A DNA stretch of 64,000 nt, from the NCBI GenBank assembly GCA_905178155.1, contig CAJINV010000006.1:2173700-2237699 (forward strand), read 5' to 3'. Made by a program: the position numbers and the translations under genes. This document shows, in pieces, positions 36,601-48,452 of the stretch. This DNA comes from Amoebophrya sp. A120 (lineage: Eukaryota; Protista; Dinoflagellata). The stretch's first letter is position 1; each line of letters opens with the position of its first letter. A model generated the notes under the pieces. That model worked only from the letters and a program-made list of their open reading frames with translations, was not told where the DNA came from and searched no databases.

Positions 36601-38962
36601 CAGTACTCGAGTATCATCATGGATTATATATCAAAAAGCGCATGACAAATTCCAGGAGCTCCTGCTTTTTTGCATTGCAAATTGCTTGTTTACAACAGCA
36701 CTAGACTATGTCGCTTTGCATGACAAATTGAAAACGAGAAACAACATCAAACCTGCTTTGATGAGCTTCTGCTTCTCCTGCTGCATCAACATCCAGAGCA
36801 ACAACATCAGCTGGCACTGGTAGTTATCCAGCATGAAGGTGTGCTCCGTTGCTCTGAACCAACGGGCATCCGTACCGTGCAGGATTTTACAAACTGGTGA
36901 GATTTTATTTGTTGGAATTCATCAAAAAAACAAAAATGAAAATGACTACTTGAAGTGACTACCTTTTTTGGTGGGCAAAAGGGGGGAGCAAACCGCCGGC
37001 TTTTGAAACCATGAAAAAAATGAAATAGTTTTGTAGCCACGATGCTATGATGGATCAAAGCAAAAAACTTTTGCTTCGCTTTTGCTTCACTTTTGCTCTA
37101 GCAAAAGGAGGGGGAAAGAGGTAGTCACTTCGGAAGGACATTTTCCACCATTTCATAAAGCAAAATGTTAAAGATAGTATAATGATTATGCATGACAAAA
37201 CCAGCAGCAAGAAATGATAAAAGCAATACACTCCTCGAAGCACTCGCTGTAAGTTTCGGCTGTTTTATTCTTCTGGCTCAGCAGCTGCTTTGCATGTTTT
37301 CTTTGTATAGCTTCATCTTCCTTTTCGACAGCTTCTTCCTTTGCTTTTGTATTGCAGTTTTTCAACTTGCTCTGGTTCGTTCCTTTTCCTTTTGGGCCTT
37401 TGATTGTTCTCCTCCAGCCGGCAGCAGATGAGTATCCACATTCAAACACACGACCAACTACAAACCCGAAGCAATAATAAAAGAATACTCCGAGCAGTGT
37501 CATGCACATTGGTGGTACTTCAGGTTTGTAGTAGTCGCGTGTTTTGCTGACATACTTCTTCACAGGCCGCGTTCACATCCTTTGCGATATTGCTCGCTTT
37601 GTGCGCCGGAGGTTGTGCAAACACGGCGCACTGTTGCTCGCTCATCCGCAGGCACATTCGCAGCTCCGGCGCGCCTTGGTCCGGAAGAAGATGAAACTGC
37701 GTGCGGGGCTTGACTGGTTTCTTGCATTCGTCATCGAGCATCCAGGAGGTGATGTCGATATTATCAGCGCCGACATTCGGGTCGTACAGCATGCTCACCA
37801 CATGATCCGCGCCAAACATTTGCGTTTGCGTCATGAGAACTCCCATCGTGCTCTTCTTCGTCGCGGCATACGACTCGACATCTTCCCTGGGATCCTCCGT
37901 CGCAGTTGCCAGCGGAGTCGGGTAGTAGCAAACGTCGTCCTTCATCTCCACAACTCCGCTTGATTTGTTTTTGTGGGCAAACTCGTCGCACCAAAAGACC
38001 TGGGAATAGTTTGTGTGAGTTTATTTGTCATGCGTAGCTGTCCATATAACTGCAGTGCAGATCCACATCAAACACAGCAAATGAAAAATCCAATACGTTC
38101 ACGCCCCAAACGTGGTTCTTCATCACGTCACTGTAATCGTAGGAGCCCCCGTATTGGTTGGAAGCGGAGCCAGGTGAGTGGTGGAAAAACTTTGAAAGTC
38201 TTTTCAAGTACGGGCTCATGGTCTCGGCGAGTCGCATCTGCAGCTGAAACGCGGACCATTGGCGACAAAACCACTCCTGGACTGAGATGAGGTGTTTGTT
38301 TTGTTGTGTTTCAAAAGCCAGATCATGCATGAAAGACATTTTTTTTTTAACGTCTGCATTGAATCTCGAACAACATCTCCAGGCATTCCTGTACCTGTTC
38401 ACGCTCTTTCTGGCGGGTCTCCTTGTTCTTTCGGCGGGCGTTCATCTCCGTGTCGGTATAAGTAACCATTTTTTCGATCGTAGCGTAGTAGTTTGCTACC
38501 TCGACGCCCGACACTACATCCTTGAACGGACACACACTCATCATCTTGCCCCAATCTTGCGCAGAAGCTGTCGTCTTCCGGTACAAAAGCAGGGATACCT
38601 GATAGATTTCGTTTTATCGAATAACGCATAACGAACTACTTCGCTTTCTTTTCACATCCGCACTATTATGCATAACCCCAAATCGTATTAAAAGGCACCA
38701 ATCCATGCGGACGATCAAACGTCTTCGGCTCTGGGCAGACGATACCCAACGGCATGAGAGTATCGGGAGTTTTCGCGAGGTCCCGCACGTAGTTGTTCAA
38801 ATCTGAACACGCCGTCTTGAGGTAGTATTTCCCAACGCCGGTATCTTTGCACAGATACGGAATGTACCACTGACGAGTACGGTTCTTGCGCTGCGGTGAC
38901 GCGACGTCGTGCAGATCAGCAGCGACGTCATTCCGCTTGCCGCCACCAGGTGACGACCACAT
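33690..38962 (-). CDS. Large multi-exon element protein(s); N-terminal part has tyrosine-recombinase-like motifs
   Basis: GC3-rich exons with GT-AG introns in the 5' part: ..PHGL|VSLLLYRKTTAS..|..LSKFFHHSPGSASNQY..; further exons about 37555-38000, 36078-36390, 34676-35950, 33690-34514. May be one or two genes. Confidence 0.55.
34520..34675. mobile_element. Family-A-like introner inside the large element's gene
   Basis: TATGAATTGCAAAATGACAC...GTGTCATTTTGCACTGCGGTA; removing it plus 5 nt gives in-frame AQMDQ|LAEFM; DR decayed. Confidence 0.7.
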
Positions 38963-40038
38963 CTTGTCCTCCAATTATCTCTCTACGGATTTACAATTAT
39001 GTCGAACGCGCTTTACTAGATTCTGGAATGCGACGAAGTGATTGTGGCCCGGAAACCATCGACATTGCCTCGACACACTCTCGTAGAAGACGCTCAAGCA
39101 ACAAAACAGCTCTCATCTGACCCTGCCCAACATCAAACAAGACCGAACGCGTCAACAATAAGCCCAGGATCGCGCTTGTCTGCTGAACAACGCCACTATC
39201 TTCACACTACAACAAACCACATCCTTCATGGTATAGAAGCAACTTGCGCACATGATTTTTTACTTTTGTCCGGGAATATATCTTTATTTTTATAAGAACG
39301 TTCAAAATTTTTTGATTAGTACTTTTCGCAGACCTACTACATCGTCTTGCTAGCTCGCGAGCTTTTGCAGCTTCTTCTGTGTTGTGCTGTGTGTAGAATT
39401 TGTCACGTCTACTACTAAGTACCAATCAGAAGTCGTTGCTTTGTGAGTCGAAATGCAGTAGTCCTCTTCTGCTCAGAACTTTCGACTCTCACTGAAGATT
39501 TTGTCGCGAAAGTGGTAGAAAGTCATAGGCTTGCACGGAAGATGAAAGAGCGGGTGTTTCGACCAAGCAGTTAAGTTGTAGCAAAGCCTCACGATACAAG
39601 AAAAAGCGATGATCATGGACAACTACCGAGAACAACAGATGTCGACATCAAGCCTCCTGATATGAAAGAACAAATGCCACTACTTTTCACTATAAATGTG
39701 ATGTTTTTGGCGGAGGTAATACTATATGTAGAGACTCAAAACTGGTCACGTCAATACGAAGAACATGTAGCTCGTTAGCTCCGCACAAATAAGTGCCTGC
39801 TACGATATACTTTTACAGTAGTTGTAAGGTAAGAGCGTTAAGCTCAAAGCCTATCACTACGCATTTGTGCAATGGAGTTTACTTACGCTGCACTACGGCA
39901 AAAAAGGTCACTCTATATGCACTGTAATAAATAGACGCGTTGAAAAACTCTTATCTGGTAGCGTCACATGATCTGAAGAATCGATGAACCCTAACTACCC
40001 TACCTAAACCCACTACACCTCAATCTCACAGATCGAGC

Positions 40039-41762
40039 TCACTTCTTCTGCCGCTTCGAGGTCGGAGAGCACGACGGCAACGCCTTGGACTTGGCCTTCG
40101 CAGACGGCTTCGCGGAGGACGCGGCGTTCTTGGGGTTGGGCACCAACGGCGGGGTCTGGGTGCGGGCAGTGTTCTTCGCGGAGGCCTTCTCCTTCGCCAC
40201 CACCTTGGGTTCGGCCTTCGCTTTGGCCTGCGGCACCACAGACGGCGTGTCTAGCAGGTCGTTGGTGGTGGTGGACTGCTCCACGGCAGTGTTGTTGGCC
40301 ACCGGCGGGTTAGCAGCACCTGATAGTCGATAGAAGATGAAATTTGAACTATAACTACACGAGATTCGGGGCACAAGGAGATCGTCTTCGTAGGAAAGCA
40401 TACTACTACCAGAACCAAACCGAAATCGCAGTGTTGCTCTTGTGCAATCAGATCAAAAACGTACCCGTGACAGCATCGTCGTCAATCACCACCTGCGTCT
40501 CCTGGACCTGCTGCGGCGGATCATCCTCCTCCGGCGGCAACAAGGTCTCGATGGTGGTGACCGTGGTCTCGGTGGTCGGAGTGGGCGCGTTGGTGCTCGT
40601 CGTGGTGGACTCGATGTTGGCATTGTGGTTCGCGAGCGCCGACGCGGTCAGGCCGGACGAGGTGGCCTCGCAGGTGTTCGAGGAGGCCTGGTTGGGGACA
40701 AAGCCAGTGATGCCGAAGGTAGACGGCGGCGCCGGTCCGCGGTTGGCGGTGACCAGCCCGACCACGCTCGCGGCGGAGGAGTGCATCTGCAGGTGCCCGG
40801 CAGCCTGCATCTCGGACAAGGCACCGCACTAACTGGCAGAGGAGGGGATCAGCTGCTGTTTTAGTATATAAATCGCGATTGAAGAAGCAGCGATGGGTAC
40901 GAAGTGGTGATCTCATAACACCAATGCAATGTGAAATAAAACAACCATCATCTATACCGGCGCATTCCCGTTCGTGTGCGGCATCAAGTTCTGGGTGTTC
41001 TGCGTGGCCGCAACGTAGCTGGAGGAAGAGCTGCTCGACGACGACCCCTGGTTCGTGTTGGTGTTCACGGTGACGGCACCGACGGCGGAGCCGTGGGTGT
41101 TCAACTGCTGGGCCTCCACACCGAGTTGGGCACAGGTGGGCATCGAGCGGAACAACTCGCGGACGGTCTCGGTGGCCAGCTCGCTGCGCAACCAGCGGAC
41201 GGTGGCGCGGATGCTGCGCTGGCCGGATTCCGCCTTGGGCAACTGGTAGCTCATAGGTCGAGAGCATATCCGACGAATCATGTATAAAAGATTCATGCAT
41301 AACAGGCATGACCAAAAGGGATGTTCACAAAAGGGGTGCAAAAGTCTATGTGCTTTCCAGTCACTGGCCACGCCGGCCTTCTCGATGAGCCAGATAAACT
41401 GGCGGGGGTGGCGGAGCAGCCTGCAGACCTCGGTGTAGCGCAAGCGGCCCCACCCACTCACAATCATTTGGCACTCGCGCACGTGCAGTTGAAAAAATCC
41501 TGAATATTATGCTTTACTGCATCACGTGCGCATGAAAATACACCAAAAAATTTGCATTACAAAAATGAAGCTACATGGTTCATCGACAGTTGTAAAGTTC
41601 CAAGCTGCAACTCTATCAGAAACACTTGATCTCGGCCACTGAATACGGTCGGCGCCGGAATCGAACTGGTGGCTGGACAAGGCGGACAAGGACAACCATC
41701 CCTCCTGCAAGGCCTGCACCTGCTCCAACCGCTCCTCGATCGCCTCCATGACCAACTGCAGC
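40039..41762 (-). CDS. Uncharacterised multi-exon element protein with Ala/Thr/Lys-rich C-terminus
   Basis: GC3-rich exon blocks (about 41630-41760, 41350-41480, 40985-41250, 40470-40830, 40039-40320) separated by AT-rich introns; no family recognised. Confidence 0.55.
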
Positions 41763-42557
41763 TCGCTTATGGTATGAAACTGAAATATCGACCTTCGTGA
41801 TGCACGAACATCTTTATGAAAAGCATGACGCAATCATTGCACTTGAGCTTGCAAATCATTCTCATCACGAAGGTTGATTTCATATACATACTGACCGAAA
41901 TTCGCGAAAATTCCGGACCAGTAGTCCTTGGGGGAGGAGTGCTGGTTGTTGTTGGGCTTCTTGTTGCCGCCTCCAGATCCGGATCCGCCAGCGTGGACAA
42001 CAGTGTGGACGTGGTTGATGGCACCAAAGTTCACGGTCAACAGCACCGGAAGGCAGACCACACCGAAGCAGCAGCTAGCCAAAGAACGCATTTCCGAAAA
42101 GGATTCTCGTTGACCACAAAAGCAGTCGACAAAGCATTCACCCTACGGCTGTTGATTGGAAAAGAGGATTTTTGTAGTGCACATCACTCGACTATTGGTG
42201 AAAAAAAAACATTTGCAGCAATTGATTGGATTTCTACGTTGAGAGAGTGGAAGCTTCTTCACATCGTGTCACTTTTCAGCATTGTCGGACCACTCGTCTT
42301 CATTGGATCTTCACATCAACACACAGACACACAGGTGGACACACGAAACAATAACTGTCGTTGGCATTTGGGCACGCGCGATGCGGTGTATCATGGAAGA
42401 AACTAGACAACAGCGAGAGAGCATTTGTATACTATGCATCATCTCAAGCCAGCGTCATTGATCCGTTCTAGCCAAGCCTCAAAAGTCCTCTTTTTTCGCG
42501 GTTCAGATCACGTATTTGGTGGCGCAGGGCCCGAAGCTAACCGCGACGGTATGATGG

Positions 42558-42758
42558 GCGTTCCGAGACAAGTCCGTGGCAGCACAGCGTCGTGGAGACG
42601 GATTCGAGCTTTTCTCTACAAATCAGCTACAATTAATGATGTAGCTACTTAAAATAGCTATTTAAAGTAGCTACTTTAACTACCTATATAAAGGGGATGC
42701 TTTTACCTCAAGCAAAAAATTTGAAATAGTTAGAAACGAAGTAGTTAACGCCGCCATA
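42558..42758 (-). repeat. Right terminal inverted repeat
   Basis: Reverse complement of 31321-31521. Confidence 0.95.
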
Positions 42759-43179
42759 AAAGATGGCTGCCATATGCATTTCTTTTTGTTTTTCCTTTTC
42801 GTGGGTGGACGTGTACGGGAAATTTATTTTACATAATTAACGCGGTGGTCGTGGACACCTGCAACAAACAAACTTGCGGTGTTCGTCCTCGGCTTCGAGA
42901 AGTACTTGATGTTGTAGTCGATGAACTTACTTAATAACGTAAACCAGGTGCACTAAACGACAGCAAGCGCGGCAGTGGTAAGGTGTAGTAATACTGCTAA
43001 GAAAAAACAAAGCGCGGAAGCAGCTGTGGTGAAGCAGGTTGCAGCTGTTCTCGTAGTGCAGAAAGATGTGGCTGGTGCAGGAGCGACGAAAAATATGTAA
43101 AGAGAACCGGAGCAACAGCAAGTTCTGCTAACATGTCGATCAAATCTCGGTGCATGCGGTAGCTTCTCCAAGAAAACGG

Positions 43180-43464
43180 CTAGCCGTTGCCGTCGGGGGG
43201 AGTAGTATTAGTTGCTTCTGTAGCGGTCCCGGTCGCGGTGTAGCGGGGGTCGCTTTCAAACAGTTCCTGTAACTCGTCAGGGCCGCAAGAAGATGTCATT
43301 TTCGGGGGCAGCAATTTCTCAGGTGGTCGCAGGTTTGGGGGTGCGTTCACTTCGCCACAACACTTTGATTTCCAGGCTTCATCCTTTCCACCTCCTTCTC
43401 CTTCACCGCCAGCCGCGCCCCCATCTGGCGGCTGGTCCGCTCCTCCCGCAGCCGCCGAGGGCAA
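43180..43464 (-). CDS. Probable terminal coding exon of an unassigned gene
   Basis: Host-like low-complexity ORF (..GGKDEAWKSKCCGEVNAPP..DGNG*) without an ATG; upstream exon not identified. Confidence 0.35.
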   Translation of the reverse strand: MPSAAAGGADQPPDGGAAGGEGEGGGKDEAWKSKCCGEVNAPPNLRPPEKLLPPKMTSSCGPDELQELFESDPRYTATGTATEATNTTPPDGNG

Positions 43465-44695
43465 TAATATGCTGCATTCTCAAACGTTGCACCCCATCTG
43501 CTGCGGCCTAGCTTTCATCTGATACTTTGTCATGCACAGCCTTTACTTCATCTTCTGCATCACCGATCATCGTCATGGAAAAGACACCCGAAGCACCCCG
43601 AGCCACAGCCCAAGCAAGGACCGCCTCCCCGGGGGGTGGGCGAGGCATGCCTCTATTTGGCAACGTCACGCAAAGTCGAGCGCTACCACCACCACGACAA
43701 GTCGCGCACACGGTGCCCGTCACGTGGAAAACGCCCAAAGCCAATCAACAGAACCGCGCCACATAGCAAGGCGCGACGCCACTAACATGACAACTTTCAA
43801 GAACGCAACTCATTTTGCGCCAAAGTTTATTGCTTCAATGGAAGGGGAGCCTCTTTATTTGGCCAAGAACCGCCCCCCCCCTTGAGCCGCGAGCACGGCG
43901 GGACAGGGCAGGCTGGGCCTTTTGTGCCTAAATTGCTGCGCGAGCGGCGAAAGCTAACACGCAACCAAGCGCACAGGCCACAGGCACCAAACCGTAGACC
44001 AGCTGCTCGGCAATGCTGACCGACAGCCCGAGACCGGGCACCGCGACAGCGTAAAGCTAAAGGCTTCGCCTATGCGTAGCGGCAGTCGGAGCGCGTCGCG
44101 CTGAGTTGTTCTGCAACAAGAAAGACAAAAAAGGGCGGGAGGTGCGACTGGGGTCTTCTGCCGACTCCGTAAAAGAAAACTTCCCCCTGCCGGCACCACT
44201 TGGTCTTCTGTGTGCCCTTTTGTTGATGCGCTGTGCCGTTCGTCTGCCGCCACCATCGACGACCCACCCAGAATGGGGCGCGGCCCTTTTGCAGGTGTCG
44301 CCAGAGAATGCCTCAACCTGCCCAGCATTTCATCTGCAGGCGCCCACCTATGGAGGGGGCGGCCGGGCAGCCAGTAGCCCAAACCCCTATCAGTTTTTTC
44401 ACTTTTCTGATTTCGTTTTCTTGTCTTCGACTTTTCATCCGACGAAGCCGAAGAGCACGCGCTGCGTTTATCATTATTGCTCGGGCCTTTTGCTCCTGTT
44501 GCCAGTGAATCTCCTGCGCCCCTATGAACTCGAATTGGCGCCCCTGCTTGAGCCACATTGCAAATTTACTTACCACGCTTGAAGACTGCAGACGAGGTTT
44601 TACGTGACATCGGAGAGCTACTGGATGTCCCGGTGGCGCTTTGGCTCCTTACTTAGTAATATAAAAGGATACAGCCAAAGGAATAGGAAAACCAA

Positions 44696-44836
44696 TTTGC
44701 AGCTACTAGCTGCAAACTACTACTAACTACTTTATAGTATTTTACTAAGTAAAATACTATAAAATATAGTGGGTTATCAAATCAAAAGTAAAGGTTACCT
44801 GGTAACCTTTACTTTTGATTTATTGTTACCCCACTA
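44696..44836. repeat. Three adjacent perfect palindromes with 1-nt loops
   Basis: 44696-44716 (10-bp arms), 44731-44763 (16-bp arms), 44779-44821 (21-bp arms, enclosed by TAGTGGG/CCCACTA). Confidence 0.9.
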
Positions 44837-45364
44837 ATAGTAAATCTAATTGCCTTGCTTTTTACCTGTCGAGATATACCGACGGGGTATGGGGCCATGC
44901 GCAGCGGTAGGCGGCGGCAAGCAGCAGCGCAAGTGGTAAACCACTGAACAATCAGAACAAAATACGGCAACGATCACTGCCACGCGGGGCGCTAACGGTG
45001 CAAACCTACAAAAGCATGGGCCTACATGCAAAGCTTGTAGCAGACAGATGGGCCGCGCTCACATAGAGAGACGGTGGCCAAACCAAAACATAAAGAGACG
45101 CTGACACACAAGCCGAGGCTTTGAGTGACACATCACCATGCCCATACAGATCATGCCCATGCAGAAACAGAGAGGGAACTTGCTCACGGGCATGATCAAG
45201 CTGTTTTGCATGAGAGAGGGGCTGTGGCGCGGTAAATACTAGCATTGAAGAAAAATAAATGTGCAAAAAGGCACGAAACAGTATCTGCGACACGCGCAAA
45301 GCCCCACGTCGGGTGGTCGTGCCTTTATTCATCTTGTATGAAGAAGATAAACGTGATAGTGATA

Positions 45365-48300
45365 CTACAGAAAAAATGCATCAGTTGAGGATACAACGTT
45401 TGCGGAGCCCATACCAGCTGGGAGGCCACATTTCTTTTGCCATGTTGTCCAGAACAATGCCTTGATACACTCATTGACCGTCGGGGCCTCGTGTCGTTTG
45501 CTACCCGTCATCATAGAGCCCAATCGGTTCGCAGCGTTTGTCACTTTATGGCTGGTGCAGTTTGACGCTGGATCTGGTTCTGTTTGAAGCTGATTGTTGC
45601 CCGTGTACGGATGGTCTCCTTTCGAGCTGTTCGTTTTCTGCACTTTCGTGCTTTCCTGGCAGCACGTGTGAAAAGTGGGCATATCCCTAAATTGTAGATC
45701 TAAGTTGCTCCCTTGTTGTCGAGCCTTCCCCACTAGAAATTGCCAGTACTTTGAATCCCCACCAGCAGCTTCGTTGGTTTGCACGGTACCCTCCGCGGCG
45801 CCGTCGTCCGGTAGCCACCATTTGGATTTAACCGCTGCCTCGCCCGTAATCCGGCACAGTTCGTCCAGCTTCAGTTTTGCGTTAGAAGAGAATACTCTTC
45901 CCCCGCTTACTGAGTGCCCCACGGCCTGCATCTTGTTCCCAAGCCAGCCGAACCTGCCGAACGATGTCGCAGCTCCTGCGCCGGCTCCTCTCAAATTCCC
46001 CACCTGCGTCTTGCCGCGGTGTAGCCGTGCCGCGTTAATATTTTTCATCTCGTCGCCAAAAACAGTCCGACCTACTTCCAATTCGCGCATTCGAGGTGGC
46101 GGAGCAGGTACGGAGTGGAACAGGGTGCGCTTCACGACGCGTGGTCCATCATGATCATGAAGGTTACTCTCCCGCCGTCCTGTTGCCGAACTGGAGATGT
46201 GATTCCTGGTAGTTGTCCTAGAAGAAGACGAGTCCGTGTGGTCCCCCTGCTCCTGCATCAACGGCGACGACGACGACGCCGGTAGTTGCGGGCAATAAAC
46301 TCCTCTCGTCCTGGTCCGGGGTGCCGGTGAGTAGAAGAAGGAAGAACTCTTACCCCACGATCCAGAAGAACGGCGACTGCCGCTGGTCGCGAACAAACCA
46401 CTGACGGTGCTACTCTTTTTCATCGAGTAGGTGAGATTTTCGGTAGTTGCATTTTGGATCATGTTTTCATCCCGGAGAAAACTTGTGTCCCTATCCCCCG
46501 CCAAAGTGCCCGTGAAACTGACATTTCTCCTCCGCCAACCTCCTCCTCTCGTTCCCGGAAATGAGGGTGTCTTGGCCGTCCGGACCGAATCTCCATTCAC
46601 GGTCGTTGTGAAGGAAGTTGAAGTTCTTGAACTACCAAACCTGTTCTTCAGATTTACCGCAGACGCAAAGCAGGAGCTAGTACTACTGGAGGAGCAAGAA
46701 CTACCCCCGTTAGAACTGTTCTTGGTGAGGATCAAGTTCTGGTTCATTTGCCGTGGTCGTGCCGTTGAGAAAGTTGTCGTCCCGGATAAGTCATCCCCTC
46801 TTTCTGGTCCTGTCGCCGCGAGAAAACTGCTTGCCGTTGCAAATCCACCCGCTCGTCCTACACCACTGCCACGACCACCGTTCGAATCAGCATGATGAAC
46901 ACCTGCGTGTTGGAAGCGATTGTCGTTGTCCTGGACATGATCTGGTGGTCCTCCTCGAACCCGTACCCGACCAGAAGAAGCCGAGGAGGATGCTGATACA
47001 TTTACATCATCATCCGGTGCGATCATGCTAAACGAGGTCTTGTTGTTCATGTGCATGTTGTGCTGGGGAAACCCCGTCATCCTCCTCGAGGAATGTCCAG
47101 AAACAAGTGGTCCATCAACCGCCGGCACCAGGGGAAAGGCCTCGTCCCCGTGGTCGCCTCTTCCTCCCGTGACGTCGGTAAAACTAGTGCCATGATGGTT
47201 CGTCGTAACACCACCCCCGCTTCCCCCGGAAGTAGAGCTACTTGCAGATGAAAGCAGGGACGTGTGCTGGTGGACCGCGCCATGACCGCCGTACGTGCCG
47301 TTGTGAAAGATCTTGTCCTGATTTGGATACCCCAACACAGTATGCAGTGGAAATAGAGTATCTTTAGCTGTACAGCACAAGTCCTCCCAGTGTAAGTGGC
47401 ATTACAGATTTTTTTAAAAGGTTGCGGTTGGAAATCAGCATTACAAAATCAGTATTACCAACCTTTTGAAAAAATCTAATATAACTGTAATGCCATTTAC
47501 ACGATAAAACATAGTACGAGTCACAGATAGCACAACTTTTGCACACGATCATACACGGAGTGGTCGTGGAACTGGTGGTCGCCGTTCGTGTGTTACCCCG
47601 TGCAAACATGTCTGAGTTTGGAAGGGTGCTGATACAGCTTCAAGAACAACGCTGTCTGCATGACAAACTCCACTTTCGCGTGAAAAAAATGTTCTCATAC
47701 ATTTAGAGTCTCTTTCAATTATGACATGCAAGACAGATTCATCACATACACATTCACGACTTCAAGTTCTTTAAATTTCCCTTTCCCGACCCTGACGTAT
47801 AATTTGCAATCGCATATCGTGTATCCTGTGCAAAAGTATCGTATTCGTACTCGTAGTAATCGCAAACATCTATTACAAATTTCTTTCTCAAGTCAAATCC
47901 ACATTACAAATCTTATTTTTCATGCTGAGGAAACCTGTCATGCTCATGCGATTTATACTAGTACGATGCTTTTGCATTTCATATCGTGGAGGCTTCTCCC
48001 GTGGAGAGGTACTCCATCAACTATCCAGGAAAAAACAACAATCCCTATACATTCTATGCATGACAAACACATGATTTCAATTTCATACATGTTTTGTATG
48101 ACAAATTGGATGGGGATGGTTGTTTTCTCCTGGATATCAACCGCGTGCTGTACTCCACCAGTGCGGACTATCAAATGCAAATATGTCTGGGTCCCAAGAC
48201 TGCCCGGCTTGTCATGCATATAAAAATTCTGCATGACCATATGGCGTCCGTAACGCATGGCCGAGCATCGCAAATTTGTAGAAGACTTCCTGATGCCCAT

Positions 48301-48452
48301 TCCGCATGAGAAATGCCCTCCCCACGCAGCACAAACTGGCCTCCTCTTGCTGGTCATTATTTGCAATACAGATTTTATCTAGAATCCAAAAACAGCATCA
48401 CAATTCAGATCCTTCCAGACCCAGACATCTTTGCAGTTGATACGGACGGCAT
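45365..48452 (-). CDS. Uncharacterised Ser/Gly/Thr-rich protein (over 700 aa), multi-exon
   Basis: 671-aa ORF 45365..47380 plus upstream micro-exons that splice in frame (MPS|ALVEYSTRL|MEYLSTGEAST|ICDCKLYVRV) after introner removal; start uncertain. Confidence 0.65.
47822..47983. mobile_element. Introner family A
   Basis: A-type TIR; DR TCGTG. Confidence 0.9.
48022..48136. mobile_element. Introner family F
   Basis: TATCCAGGAAAAAACAACAATCCC...GGGATGGTTGTTTTCTCCTGGATA; DR TCAAC. Confidence 0.87.
48169..48442. mobile_element. Introner family B
   Basis: B-type TIR; DR CGGAC. Confidence 0.9.

Larger units (their letters stand above)
31321..42758. mobile_element. 11.4-kb gene-carrying TIR element (TATGG...CCATA ends, 5-bp TSD AAAGA)
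   Basis: TIRs 31321-31521 and 42558-42758 (about 201 bp, about 3 mismatches by eye); AAAGA at 31316-31320 and 42759-42763; internal intron-containing genes on both strands. Confidence 0.93.

Noticed and set aside
31315-42764. Alternative reading of the large element as ATGG...CCAT with a 7-bp TSD AAAAGAT
   Set aside because: Formally compatible with this one copy, but the inverted repeat extends to the outer T/A and the other elements here show TA ends with 5-bp repeats. More copies are needed to exclude it.
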